A stretch of DNA of 64,000 bases from Bacteroidota bacterium (GCA_019637975.1 JAHBUR010000007.1:85997-149996); one strand, 5' to 3'. Numbered from the stretch's first letter, positions 8,902 to 19,900 are shown. Made by a program: numbers and translations. Notes: a model not told the origin generated them from the letters alone.

Positions 8902-10047
8902 ATGCGAAAACTGATTCTGCCAGCAGCAATCATTCTTGGCGTTTTTGTCGTGTTATTAGAGGCTTCAGGGTGGGGCTGGAATACACATCGCTTCATCAAT
9001 CGTACCGTCGTGTATCATCTTCCCAACCGGATGATGCTGTTCATTCAGGACAGTTCCTTTTTCGCTGCACACGCCCATGACGCTGATGTTCGCGTCGACT
9101 ACGGCGATACCAGCCTTTATGCCGAGCGACCCCGTCATTTCATGGATATTGATGACTATCCGAATTTCCACAATCTGACAAGAAGTCTTGACACTTTGAT
9201 TATGCAATACGGATGGGAACGGGTGAAGGCAAACGGCACGAATCCGTGGGCGACGGTTTGGAATTACGATTCACTTGTGGCCCAGCTCAGCCGCGGCGAT
9301 TGGAATCAGGCAAAGCTCACCGCCTCCGACCTCGGGCATTACGTCGGTGATGCGCATCAACCGCTGCATAATACACTCAACTACAACGGACAGTACACGA
9401 ACAACTACGGCATTCATTCCCGCTACGAAACGACGATGCTCAGCCCGACATACTATCTGTCGCATCTCTTCATTACGCCGGATACGACGTACTACGTTGC
9501 CGACAGGATCAACTACATCTTTGACTACATCATTCACACCAACAGCTATGTTGATACGGTGTTGCAGGCCGACACGTACGCGAAGATCGTTTCGGGTTGG
9601 AACGGAAGCGGCACGGCTCCGGCCTCGTACTACAATGCTCTGTGGTTGAAGACGAGGGCCATCACGCTTGAGCAAGTCCAGCGCGCAACGGAAAGTCTCG
9701 CAGCACTCTGGTTTTCAGCGTGGATTGATGCCGGCCTGATTTCAACAACAGGCGTATTGCCTGACGTTGCCACGGTTCCCTCGGAGTTTTCGCTTTCGCA
9801 GAACTATCCCAATCCCTTCAATCCCTCCACGACGATATCCTACCGGCTGCCGGTCGGCGGGACGGTTTCCCTTAAAATCTACTCCACAGACGGAAAGGAA
9901 GTTGCTATCCTGGTCGGGGAAAATCAATCGGCGGGAGAACATTCAGTGCAGTTTGTTGCCTCAAGCTCGCTTGCTTCGGGCATGTATTTCTGTCAACTCA
10001 GGATTGGCAACTTTTCTCAAACAATCAAACTTGTTTTGATGAAATGA
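8902..10047 (+). CDS. S1/P1-family zinc nuclease with C-terminal T9SS sorting domain
   Basis: Signal peptide MRKLILPAAIILGVFVV. WGWNTHRFIN and HYVGDAHQPLH motifs of S1/P1 nucleases. The C-terminal ~80 aa (NYPNPFNPSTTISYRLP...MYFCQLRIGNFSQTIKLVLMK) form a type-A Por/T9SS sorting domain. Confidence 0.75.
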   Translation: MRKLILPAAIILGVFVVLLEASGWGWNTHRFINRTVVYHLPNRMMLFIQDSSFFAAHAHDADVRVDYGDTSLYAERPRHFMDIDDYPNFHNLTRSLDTLIMQYGWERVKANGTNPWATVWNYDSLVAQLSRGDWNQAKLTASDLGHYVGDAHQPLHNTLNYNGQYTNNYGIHSRYETTMLSPTYYLSHLFITPDTTYYVADRINYIFDYIIHTNSYVDTVLQADTYAKIVSGWNGSGTAPASYYNALWLKTRAITLEQVQRATESLAALWFSAWIDAGLISTTGVLPDVATVPSEFSLSQNYPNPFNPSTTISYRLPVGGTVSLKIYSTDGKEVAILVGENQSAGEHSVQFVASSSLASGMYFCQLRIGNFSQTIKLVLMK

Positions 10048-10231
10048 GATTGAGAAAAACCTGAGCAGAGAGAAGTTGATTTTTCTAAATAAGAACTTAT
10101 CTTTACCTGTGAGGTGACATGGTGTGTTCCTCGCAGCCGCGAAATGCCACCACTGCAATTACATCCGGAGCAATCCCCGCTCGCCGGTTAGATACTCATA
10201 GCGAATCAATCACCAAAGGAGGGCCCTGACC

Positions 10232-11650
10232 ATGGCTGATACGAGAACTCCCAATGCCGCAAATATCAATGATACGGCAGTGGAGGAGCTACGTTCGCGA
10301 GTTCGAGGAACTGTACTTCGCCCAACTGACGGCAGCTATGACGACGTCCGAAAAATCTGGAACGGCATTATCAACAAACATCCCGGCGTTATCGTACAAT
10401 GCACGGGTGCCGCCGATGTGATGGCTGCCGTGAATTTTGCGCGGGACAATGAACTACCCCTGGCAGTGCGGGGCGGCGGGCACAACGTCTCAGGCAATTC
10501 GGTTTGCGATTACGGAGTCGTGATTGACCTTTCTCCGATGCGCCGTGTTCGGGTTGATCCTTTCAACGGAACGGCGCGCGTGGACGGAGGAGCAAAACTC
10601 GGGGATGTGGACCATGAGGCGCAGGCCTTCGGCCTTGCAGTTCCAGTCGGCGTCGTGTCGGCCACAGGAATTGCTGGTCTTTCGCTCCACGGAGGAATGG
10701 GCTTCCTCACCCGCAAGTACGGGCTCACCTGCGACCATATTCTCTCCGCTGATGTCGTCACCGCCAATGGTAAGATGGTGGTGGCCGACGCGAAGAACAA
10801 CGCTGATCTGCTCTGGGCACTTCGCGGAGGTGGAGGAAGCTTTGGTGTTGTGACCTCGTTTGAGTTCAAGCTTCGTCCTGTCGGGCCGGACGTATGGATG
10901 TGCATCGTGATGTATCCTGTAGCGGAAGCGAAGAACGCCTTGAACACATGGAGGAAGTTTATGGAGACCGCACCGGAAGATGTCATGAGCATTGCCATCT
11001 ACTGGAATGCCCCGCACGAGGAACCGGTACCCAAGGAATATCAGGGCGCACCCGTCATTGTGCTTGCGGGATGCTGGAGCGGACCGGTGGAGAAGGGAGA
11101 AGCCGTGTTCAAACCCTTGCGTGAAGTGGCAACCCCCGCCGTTGATCTGAGCGGCCCTATGCCGTACCTCGTTGCACAAAAACTGTTCGATCCTGAGTAT
11201 CCCGACGGTAGGCGATACTACTGGAAGTCCATTTACCTGAAAGAGATCGACGCCGCAGTCATAGACATGTTGAGCGACTACGCAGCCAAACGTCCGTCCT
11301 CGTTGACTTCCATTGATGTGTGGTGCCTGGGTGGAGCAATCGGACGCGTGAAGCCGGAAGAGAGCGCGTTCTTCAAGCGGGATGCACCATACATGCTCGG
11401 CATCGAAGCAAACTGGGAAGACCCGAAAGACGATGAGTTGAATATTTCATGGACGCGCAGTCTGTACAAGGACGCGGAGAAATACTCACCGGGCGGGATG
11501 TACTTCAATTTTCCCGGTTTTCTTGAGGAGGGGGATGATCTGTTGAAGCAGTCGTTCGGAACCAACTATGAACGGTTGCGTCAAGTGAAGGCAAAATACG
11601 ATCCGCAGAATCTGTTTTCGTCCAACCTGAAGATTTCGGGTAAAGCATAG
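10232..11650 (+). CDS. FAD-linked oxidase (VAO/PCMH-type FAD-binding, BBE-like C-terminus)
   Basis: AVRGGGHNVSGNSV FAD-binding motif and a C-terminal BBE-like segment (YFNFPGF...YERLRQVKAKYDPQNLF). Confidence 0.75.
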   Translation: MADTRTPNAANINDTAVEELRSRVRGTVLRPTDGSYDDVRKIWNGIINKHPGVIVQCTGAADVMAAVNFARDNELPLAVRGGGHNVSGNSVCDYGVVIDLSPMRRVRVDPFNGTARVDGGAKLGDVDHEAQAFGLAVPVGVVSATGIAGLSLHGGMGFLTRKYGLTCDHILSADVVTANGKMVVADAKNNADLLWALRGGGGSFGVVTSFEFKLRPVGPDVWMCIVMYPVAEAKNALNTWRKFMETAPEDVMSIAIYWNAPHEEPVPKEYQGAPVIVLAGCWSGPVEKGEAVFKPLREVATPAVDLSGPMPYLVAQKLFDPEYPDGRRYYWKSIYLKEIDAAVIDMLSDYAAKRPSSLTSIDVWCLGGAIGRVKPEESAFFKRDAPYMLGIEANWEDPKDDELNISWTRSLYKDAEKYSPGGMYFNFPGFLEEGDDLLKQSFGTNYERLRQVKAKYDPQNLFSSNLKISGKA

Positions 11651-11653
11651 CGA

Positions 11654-12256
11654 ATGCAAATCCGACCTGTAGCAATGCCGCCCGACGTTACCACACTTCA
11701 CATCAAGAACATGGTGTGCAACCGCTGCATCAAAGTCGTGCGGGAGGAATTGGGAAGATTGGGAGTTGATGTCAGGAGTATTGTTTTGGGGGAAGTTGTG
11801 GTTGCAGGGCCGGTCGATCTCGGCGCGATACGTCCGGTTCTTGTGGAAAACGGTTTTGAACTGATTGAAGATCAGCGGGCGAAAACCATCGAGCACATCA
11901 AGCAGGCGGTGCTGAAACTCGTCCGGCGGGACGCCGAAAAAGAGCCGATGCGATTGAAGTACTCGGAGTACATTTCACAGGAAATCGGCAAAGACTATCA
12001 TTCCCTCAGTACACTATTCTCATCCGTCGAGAATATTACCATCGAGCAATACATCATCCTGCTGCGTATTGAACGCGCGAAAGAACTTCTGAAATACGGC
12101 GAGCTGACCCTCAGCGAAATCTCCTACAAACTCGGTTACAGCAGCGTGCAGCATCTTTCCAACCAATTCAAGAAAGTGACGGGCATGACCCCGAGCAAGT
12201 TCAAGAAGTTGGTCGGGAATGCGAGGAAGCCGTTGGATGAGGTTGCGTTGCCTTGA
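11654..12256 (+). CDS. AraC-family transcriptional regulator with N-terminal HMA-like metal-binding domain
   Basis: N-terminus LHIKNMVCNRCIKVVREELGRLGV has an MxCxxC metal-binding motif. C-terminus has an AraC HTH (ISYKLGYSSVQHLSNQFKKVTGMTPSKFKK). Lies next to copZ/copA. Confidence 0.75.
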   Translation: MQIRPVAMPPDVTTLHIKNMVCNRCIKVVREELGRLGVDVRSIVLGEVVVAGPVDLGAIRPVLVENGFELIEDQRAKTIEHIKQAVLKLVRRDAEKEPMRLKYSEYISQEIGKDYHSLSTLFSSVENITIEQYIILLRIERAKELLKYGELTLSEISYKLGYSSVQHLSNQFKKVTGMTPSKFKKLVGNARKPLDEVALP

Positions 12257-12323
12257 CTGTATGTGCCGCTTGGACGAGATGGGTTCCACACAGTTGCAAG
12301 TGAAGCCCATCTATGCGACCCGC

Positions 12324-12962
12324 TCAAAACGTATACGAAATTCCCAGTACGAGAATCACGGGCGGTCCGCCGACCCATTGAGATGGTACTTGCACGCCCT
12401 TCAGCACAAGAGAGGCTTCGGCCTGAAACATCAGACTCGGCCCGACCGGCAGCGATATTCCACCGTGTACTGCATTCCACAAACCGGGAGCAAACTTGGC
12501 ATTTGAGCTTTCACCGAACAGCGTATGGTGCGACGCAGCGGCGACGATGCTTCCTCCCACTTTGTATCTGAACCCTGCGTCATTCATCCACTCAAAGTTG
12601 ATGTTCGGCCGTGTCAGCCACCACGGGTCGCCGCCGAGGTCTTGCGTTTTCGGATAGTAGAGTACAGGAACGCAGAAATACACTCTGTAGTTGTCGCGTT
12701 CGTGGAGTATTGTGCGTACGCGGATTCCGTATCCTTCAACGAATGGCGTTATGCCGAACACAACACCGGCGGTTGTTTTGTTTGAAATGCCGTACGCATA
12801 CTCGGCTATCCCGATATACGGTATGCCGGTTGCCAGCGTGATCTTTGATTGCCCTTTCCGGTTAAGGACGTGATCAAATCTGTCGCTTCGATCCTGAGCA
12901 ACGGATTGTGTTGCGATAGCCGGGAAGAGTATCAGGCTGAGTATGTGCCGGACATGATTCAT
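12324..12962 (-). CDS. small outer-membrane beta-barrel protein (hypothetical)
   Basis: Signal peptide MNHVRHILSLILFPAIATQSVAQ. Alternating amphipathic strands and a C-terminal ...LGISYTF aromatic terminus typical of OMP barrels. Divergent from copZ-copA. Confidence 0.5.
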   Translation of the reverse strand: MNHVRHILSLILFPAIATQSVAQDRSDRFDHVLNRKGQSKITLATGIPYIGIAEYAYGISNKTTAGVVFGITPFVEGYGIRVRTILHERDNYRVYFCVPVLYYPKTQDLGGDPWWLTRPNINFEWMNDAGFRYKVGGSIVAAASHHTLFGESSNAKFAPGLWNAVHGGISLPVGPSLMFQAEASLVLKGVQVPSQWVGGPPVILVLGISYTF

Positions 12963-13202
12963 GACGTTCTCCTTGATACGTGTGAAACATCTGCGTGTAA
13001 AATAGTCGATCGGGCGCGGCTGCTTGTCAGGCGGGGTTCATGGTTTTGTCATATTTTTGTCAACGCCGTTTGCAGGAATAGCGTATTCTTTCCGCATAAC
13101 GGCCTTCCGGATGTGCAACTTTCCGTCACAATTCTGTAAGGTGTCTGCACTCCCACAGCTGTATATTTGAGTCAATCAATCGATCCACAGAAAAGGAAAT
13201 CC

Positions 13203-13406
13203 ATGAAATCCGAAGAACTGAAAATCGAAGGCATGTCCTGCGGTCATTGCGTGATGAGTGTGAAGAAGGAACTCGCCAGGCTGCAGAACGTGGAAATCGA
13301 AGATGTACAAATCGGGAAGGTGCATGTAAAGTACGACGAATCAAAAATCTCACATGCCGATCTCGTGCGTGCGGTGGATGAAGCGGGCTACAAGGTTGTT
13401 TCGTGA
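13203..13406 (+). CDS. copZ: copper chaperone CopZ (HMA domain)
   Basis: [24 protein letters not shown] carries the GMxCxxC motif. AGGAAA RBS. Confidence 0.8.
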   Translation: MKSEELKIEGMSCGHCVMSVKKELARLQNVEIEDVQIGKVHVKYDESKISHADLVRAVDEAGYKVVS

Positions 13407-15655
13407 AATCGAGAATCAATGACATGAATACCGGTCAACACATGGCAACTCTGACTCTGCCTGTACAGGGAATGACCTGCGCGAGTTGCGTCACGCGGGT
13501 TGAGAAAGCCCTGAAGAAAATCGATGGCGTACAGGAAGCCTCAGTGAACCTCGCAAGCGAAAAGGCCAAAGTGGAGTTCGACGCGGCGAAAGTGAACGTC
13601 GAGAAACTCCGTGCAGCTGTTGCCGATGCGGGGTATTCGCTTGTGGTATCGGAGACAGAATCAAGCCAATCCGATGGCGGCGAGACCCATCAGAGCCGGA
13701 CGATGCAGCATCTGAAAAGGGAACTTATCCTCAGCGGCTCGCTCACAGTGCCGATTATGGCGATCAGTATGGCAAGCATGTTTGAGTCATACGCAAGCTG
13801 GTCGCCACTTTCGCTTGAACAGACAAACAAGCTGTTGCTGCTTCTGACAACTCCTGTATTGTTCATCCCGGGAAGAAGATTCTTCAAGGGCTTCTGGTCG
13901 GCGCTGAAGCATTTCTCCGCCGACATGAATACACTGGTAGCCGTGGGGACGGGATCCGCGTTCGTATTCAGCACCATCGCCGTTCTGTTTCCCGAGGCTT
14001 TAGGTCATGCAGGGCATAAGGGACACGTTTACTTCGATACAACAGCGACGATCATTACGCTCATTCTTCTCGGCAAGTTGCTGGAATCGAAGGCAAAGAG
14101 CCGGGCTTCCGATGCAATCCGGAAACTCATGGGGCTTCAGCCGAAGACAGCGCGAGTGATGCGAGATGGTGTTGAACAGGACGTGTCCATCAATGATGTT
14201 ATCGCGGGTGATGCAGTAATCGTCCGGCCGGGCGAGAAGATTCCAGTTGACGGCGTTGTTCTCAGCGGCACGACAACGGTTGATGAATCGATGGTGACAG
14301 GCGAAAGCATGCCCGTCGAAAAAAACATTGGCGGCAACGTAATCGGCGGAACGATCAACAAAAACGGCAGCATTACCATGCGGGCGTCCGCGGTGGGGAA
14401 GGACACGCTGCTGGCGCATATTGCCCGACTCGTGGAAGAAGCGCAAGGCTCAAAGGCGCCGATTCAAAGTCTCGCCGACAAGATCGCATCAGTGTTTGTT
14501 CCGATCGTCATCGGCATCGCCGCCGTTACCTTTGCCGGTTGGTACTTTGCCACTGATGCCGGGTTCAATCATGCGCTCGTGCATTTCATTGCCGTCCTGA
14601 TCATCGCCTGCCCGTGTGCGCTCGGGCTTGCAACGCCGACGGCGATCATGGTGGGAACGGGACGTGGCGCAAATCTCGGCATACTCATCAAGAATGCCGG
14701 GAGTCTTGAGCGTGCCCATCGCATTCAGACCATCATTCTTGATAAAACAGGAACGATCACCGAAGGAAAACCGAAGGTCACTGATGTTGTGGCTTTCGAT
14801 GGTTTTGATGAGGTGACGATTCTGAAACATGCTGTATCTCTCGAAAGGAAATCCGGGCATCCGCTGGGGAATGCAATTGTTGAGTATGCGCAAAGGAACA
14901 CTGTTGCAGCCGTTGAAGCCGAGGCGTTCCAATCCCTTACAGGATTTGGCGTGGCCGGAGTTGTTGAAGGATTGCCGGTAGCGGTCGGAAATCTTTCCCT
15001 GCTGAAAGAGTACGCGATTCATTTGAACGGAAGAGAAGAGCGGTTGACCAGATTCGCTGCGGACGGGAAGACGCCGGTATTTGTAGCAATCGATTCCAAA
15101 CCAGCGGGCATCATCGCCATTGCCGACACGATCAAGCCGACATCGGCGGAAGCAATTCGTCGCATGAAGCAAATGGGATTGGAAGTCGTGATGATCACCG
15201 GCGACAATCAACGCACGGCGAATGCCATTGCGACGCAAGCAGGAGTTGAGAGAGTGATTGCGGAAGTTCTGCCGCAGGACAAGGCACGATCTGTTCAGGA
15301 GTTGAGAAAGGAAGGGAGGACAGTCGCAATGGTCGGCGATGGCATCAACGATGCCCCGGCACTCGCGGCAGCGGATGTCGGCATCGCCATCGGCACTGGA
15401 ACTGACATTGCAATGGAAGCAGCCGACATAACGCTGATGCGCGGCGACTTGATGAGCATCGTTCACGCGATTCGACTTTCGTCGGCAACATTGCGGACGA
15501 TCAAACAGAATTTCTTCTGGGCGTTTGTGTATAATACCGTCGGCATCCCTCTCGCGGCATTCGGACTATTGGACCCGATGATGGCCGCGGCGGCGATGGC
15601 CTTCAGTTCGGTAAGCGTGGTAAGTAATTCGCTCCGACTCAAACGCTTTCGGTGA
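13403..15655 (+). CDS. copA: copper-translocating P1B-type ATPase
   Basis: N-terminal HMA ([15 protein letters not shown]), CPC motif ([11 protein letters not shown]), [16 protein letters not shown] at 13403 overlaps the copZ stop; an alternative ATG lies at 13424. Confidence 0.9.
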   Translation: MKSRINDMNTGQHMATLTLPVQGMTCASCVTRVEKALKKIDGVQEASVNLASEKAKVEFDAAKVNVEKLRAAVADAGYSLVVSETESSQSDGGETHQSRTMQHLKRELILSGSLTVPIMAISMASMFESYASWSPLSLEQTNKLLLLLTTPVLFIPGRRFFKGFWSALKHFSADMNTLVAVGTGSAFVFSTIAVLFPEALGHAGHKGHVYFDTTATIITLILLGKLLESKAKSRASDAIRKLMGLQPKTARVMRDGVEQDVSINDVIAGDAVIVRPGEKIPVDGVVLSGTTTVDESMVTGESMPVEKNIGGNVIGGTINKNGSITMRASAVGKDTLLAHIARLVEEAQGSKAPIQSLADKIASVFVPIVIGIAAVTFAGWYFATDAGFNHALVHFIAVLIIACPCALGLATPTAIMVGTGRGANLGILIKNAGSLERAHRIQTIILDKTGTITEGKPKVTDVVAFDGFDEVTILKHAVSLERKSGHPLGNAIVEYAQRNTVAAVEAEAFQSLTGFGVAGVVEGLPVAVGNLSLLKEYAIHLNGREERLTRFAADGKTPVFVAIDSKPAGIIAIADTIKPTSAEAIRRMKQMGLEVVMITGDNQRTANAIATQAGVERVIAEVLPQDKARSVQELRKEGRTVAMVGDGINDAPALAAADVGIAIGTGTDIAMEAADITLMRGDLMSIVHAIRLSSATLRTIKQNFFWAFVYNTVGIPLAAFGLLDPMMAAAAMAFSSVSVVSNSLRLKRFR

Positions 15656-15699
15656 TGTTTGCGCTTTCCGTGTTTTCTTCCTATATTTTCAACCACAAA

Positions 15700-15723
15700 C
15701 ACGTGGCTCAACAAAGCCACGTG
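15700..15723 (+). terminator. perfect 9-bp hairpin (CACGTGGCT-caacaa-AGCCACGTG) after copA
   Basis: The inverted repeat is read directly from the sequence. Only a weak U tract follows, so this may be a terminator or a processing signal. Confidence 0.4.
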
Positions 15724-15733
15724 AAGTGTTTAC

Positions 15734-15810
15734 GGCGGGATAGCTCAGCCGGTTAGAGCGTCGGAATCATAATCCGTAGGTCGGGGGTTCGAATCCCTCT
15801 CCCGCTACCC
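15734..15810 (+). tRNA. tRNA with CAU anticodon (elongator Met or lysidine-modified Ile2; not initiator-like)
   Basis: The cloverleaf folds: GGCGGGA acceptor, AGCTCAGCCGGTTAGAGC D-arm, anticodon loop ATCATAA, GGGGG-TTCGAAT-CCCTC T-arm. Positions 1/72 form a G.U pair. The anticodon stem is not the GGG/CCC type, so it is not an initiator. Confidence 0.8.
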
Positions 15811-16017
15811 TCTTCAAGTCTCCGGAGATATGTACTCCGGATCATTATCACGCAGTCTATCATTTTGTACTGACCTGCTTCAGCGAAGTTACCCATCTTC
15901 TTCACCCATGCGACGCAAAAATATGCGAGTGTCTTTGAATAGTCATTAGTGGGTGGGATGAGTGTTGAGATTGCTTACATACACTGCACACAGCGATCAC
16001 ATTCACAAACAAAGTTA

Positions 16018-16046
16018 TTGATTAGAACTTTGGGTTAGCGTATAAT
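16018..16046 (+). promoter_or_regulatory. sigma70-like promoter (TTGATT-N17-TATAAT) preceding a ~310-nt leader
   Basis: TTGATT 16018-16023, TATAAT 16041-16046. A perfect 7-bp inverted repeat TCGATGC/GCATCGA follows at 16054-16073. Confidence 0.4.
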
Positions 16047-16362
16047 GGAGGTGTCGATGCTTTCCGGCATCGAGATCCACTTTGTTCTCTTACAATCCAT
16101 TCCGACGAGTCAACGATTGTGCTCATGAAAGTTCTGACATTTCTACAGCCATGTGAGTTGTCCGTCGATGTTTCTTTCCTCTTCGCGAATCTTTTCTTCC
16201 CGTCGTTTCAGGAAAAATCCAGTTTAATCGTATCAAAAATACTCCCCTGTATTTGTTTTCCCATTCTCGCCGGTTTCTTGGCCATTCACAGGCCAGGGAT
16301 TGCTCCGGCAATAACCGCAGAATCACAACCATACTTACACAAAAACTAATGGAGATTGCCGC

Positions 16363-16869
16363 ATGACGAAGAGATGGAGAGTAAGCCCTGTGTCACTGCT
16401 ACTACTCGCAGCAGTTTTTCTTGTGGCCACAAAAGCGGAAAGTCAGACACACGGAATCAGCGCAGAAGAACTCGCTGCGCGCGCACACATCGTTGCGGTC
16501 GGCAGTGTACAGTCGATGCAGTCGGAATGGTCTTCCGATAGAACCAAAATTGTCACGAACGTGACAATCGCCGTCGACCAGTACTTGAAGGGAAGCCGGC
16601 AGGATCGGACTTTAACGATCACCGTTCCCGGCGGAGAAGTGGACGGTGTAGGAGAATTGTACAGCCATGTGGCCAGGTTCCGACAGGATGAAGAAGTAGT
16701 GGTGTTCGCCGAACGCGATGCGGGAGGAGTATTGCGTGTAGCCGGAGGTGAGCAGGGAAAACTGAGTCTGACAACCGAACGGTTTTCGGGCAAGCGTGTT
16801 GTTGGTGAAGGCGAATTACTTGAGGCATTTGCTACACGTGTCAGAGGTGCCGCTCAGAATGGTCAGTAG
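16363..16869 (+). CDS. secreted hypothetical protein
   Basis: Signal peptide MTKRWRVSPVSLLLLAAVFLVATKAESQ, GGAGA RBS, no recognisable motifs. First gene of the tRNA-adjacent island. Confidence 0.5.
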   Translation: MTKRWRVSPVSLLLLAAVFLVATKAESQTHGISAEELAARAHIVAVGSVQSMQSEWSSDRTKIVTNVTIAVDQYLKGSRQDRTLTITVPGGEVDGVGELYSHVARFRQDEEVVVFAERDAGGVLRVAGGEQGKLSLTTERFSGKRVVGEGELLEAFATRVRGAAQNGQ

Positions 16870-16933
16870 ATGATTCATCGGAGGGGAAGGGATACAGAAC
16901 CAAGAATCGATTCAGACTTAATAAAACGAGACT

Positions 16934-19900
16934 ATGATAATGAAGAAAAACAGCGGGATTTCAGTCCGGGCAATTCTGATAACGCTTGCGACAATCTTGT
17001 TCGGCAGCCAGCCAATGGCGCAGGCGCAACCGAATTCGACGGTCGTTCCCTATTTGGGGACGGGATACAAGTATATGCAAGTAAGCTGGGGCTTGCTTTC
17101 AGGATTTGAATCGCCGGGCTACGACGATAACGCGTGGGCAACGGGCGATGCCGGCTTTGGATCGATAGGAGGTTGCACGCTCAACACTACAGCGAATGTG
17201 AAGACTTCATGGTCGGTCAACACCGACATTCTTGTACGAAAGTGGTTCTCGCTGCCTGGCGGTGCACGCAACGTGATGATCCGTATTGCGATTGACAACG
17301 ATGTTCAGGTGTTCTTCAACGGGCAGGACGTTTCGGGTGGGTTGCGAACACGCGAGGGTTGTGCTGTTCGGGACAGTTATGTATTTGGCGTACCCGACGA
17401 GTTCCTTGTCACCGGAAGCAACCTTCTCGCAATTCGCGGCCGCGACCGCGGCTCGGAGTCGTATCTTGATGCTGAAGTGTTGGCGGATATTCCCGTTACT
17501 GTGATAGTCACCAATACGCTCGACAGCGGAGGCGGCTCATTGCGTGATGCTCTGGCAGTCACCAATGCGAGCAAGGCAATTGATACCATCAAGTTCAATA
17601 TCCCCGGTACGGGTGTACGGACGATAAGCCCTGCATCGCCATTACCGACGATTGATCGTCCGGTGGTGATTGATGGAACAACCCAGCCCGGATTTGCCGG
17701 TACGCCTCTAATTGCGTTGAATGGAGTAGACGCCCCTGATCATACCAACGGTTTTCATATCACAGGGGGCTCCTCCACAATCAAAGGTCTAATGATCAGC
17801 GGCTTTCACGCGCACGGAATAAAGATCTCCGTACTTTCTTACAATACAATTTTGGAAAATGCCATAACCGGGAACGGCAAAGCGGGTATTGTCGTCGTGT
17901 CCGGGCTCGGCAATCGCATTTCGCGGAACCGGATATACGAGAACGGCGAGTTGGGAATTGATTTGAGCGACAACGGAATTACGCCGAATCAGCCCCCTTC
18001 GCGCCCGCCGACACCGCGCCCCGAAACGTCATCTCTCCCGAATTTCGGGCAGAACTATCCTGTGTTGTATTACGCAGATGTCGAGTCGTCGTTTGTGCGC
18101 GGCTCTGTCAACAGTTGGCCGCACAATCTTCTGACAATTGAGGTTTTCCGGAACGATGTTATCGATCCGACGGGTTTCGGTGAGGGCAAAACCTTCATAG
18201 GAACAGCAACTTTCAGATCGGATGCAAACGGTAATGCCGTGTTTTCCATTCCCTCCCTTGTTCCGCTCTCTGCCGGTCAGTTTCTTTCGGCAACTGCAAC
18301 AGACTCCGCGGGGAATACATCGGAATTCTCCGGGAATATTATTGTCGGGGTTCGGACCAAGATTTACGGAGATCATTTTGTTGTCAATACAACATTCTCC
18401 GGCATTCCTTTGCGTTGGGCGAACGGCGAAGGCGTATATTCGTTGAGCACGGACATCCCACCCTCTTTCATACCTCCGATTGACAATGCATTTGGCACCT
18501 GGAGCGCCCTTCCACAGCTCAACTATTCAAAAGTTGGTTCTCCAAGTAACAACGTTTGGGGCGGCTTGCCCGACGGTGTGAATAATGTTGCGTGGATTAC
18601 TTCAAGTTGGATATACATTACCGGAGCCGACCCGGGCACAATTGCGGTAACACGAGTTCGCTACAACAGCGTCACCGGAGAGTTCACGGATGTGGATATT
18701 GCCTTCAACGCCGAGCATTTTCCCTTCGTGATCGTCCCTCCGAATCCTTCTCCGGCAGATACGGCGGGGAAGAAGGATGTACAGAACGTTGCGACACACG
18801 AAATCGGACACTATAGCGGATTGGGGGATATTTATGATCCCGGGTATCCGCAGTACGTTCCGTTCATGGGAGAGGGAAATGATTTTGTGACGATGTACGG
18901 CTTCATCAAGAACGGCGAAGTATCAAAGCGCGAGTTGCATCCGCCCGATACTGCCGGTATTGGCTACATCTTCCGGAGCATTCCTCAAAGTAGAGTTGAT
19001 GTGATACTCGTTTTCGACGGGGCGGGAACATTCGCCTCAACCGAGCAGGCTTTCGAGCCGGCAAAAAACAGCGCGTTGGAACTCGTTCAGAAGCTGAGAG
19101 TGGGAGATCGGATTGGCATTGTCCGTTTGCCCAATACAGTCGTTTCCGACCTCATTTCTATTCAGGACAATGCATCGCGACAGCTTGCGAGTACGAGAAT
19201 CGAAGCAATGGCCGCCGGAGGGACGAGTTTTCTGGGGCAAGGATTGCAAACAGCACAGTCTGTGTTGAATACATCTCCGTTGATGAATCAGGGAAGGGCG
19301 ATGATTCTGTTCAGTGCGGGAGATAACAACGGAACGCCCGATGCGCTCAGCGTTCTGCCATCTCTCAAAACCTCCCAAACCCGCTTGTTTACGCTCGGTT
19401 TCGCCGGAAATCCGGGCCAAGATCTGAGCAGCAGACTCGCTGACTCTACAGGCGGCTCATATCACCTTGCCTCCGATACGACACTCAGCCAAATTGTGAA
19501 CGAGATTTGGAACACGATTACCGGCACACAGTTGCTCGCCGATACGACGTTTCTTTCGAACGCGCCCGGACTCACGTGGCAAGGAGGGTTGACGTGGCAG
19601 GGTGGTTTGACATGGCAGGGGGCGGTTGATCCCGGCACGTCGCTTCTTCTTCCGGGCCTGACATGGCAGGGGAGCACGTTTCTGTTGAGTCTGTTGCCGC
19701 CCACTCCCGGCGACACAATTACACCATTCAACTACACAAACTTCCCCGGCGTGGAACACATCACCGGCCCGACGTTTGCTTTCTACCGCATCCGCAATGC
19801 GGCGCCCGGAATTTGGAGGTTGCACGTTAACGGGGCCAACACCACTCCCGAGCCACCCTCCCCCGAAGAACTCAGGCTTTCGCTTGTTGCAATAACAGAC

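Noticed and set aside
14489-15466. 325-aa minus-strand ORF inside copA
   Set aside because: Antisense to the P-type ATPase catalytic domain; no signal or motifs.
16119-16349. 76-aa ORF (and antisense 16123-16332) in the 15.8-16.36 kb spacer
   Set aside because: No RBS, a hydrophobic low-complexity product, and both strands are open. More likely an untranslated leader.
15811-16362. Possible mobile-element remnant or integrase next to tRNA-Met
   Set aside because: No integrase or transposase ORF and no terminal inverted repeats are recognisable. Only hairpins and a promoter-like element are present.
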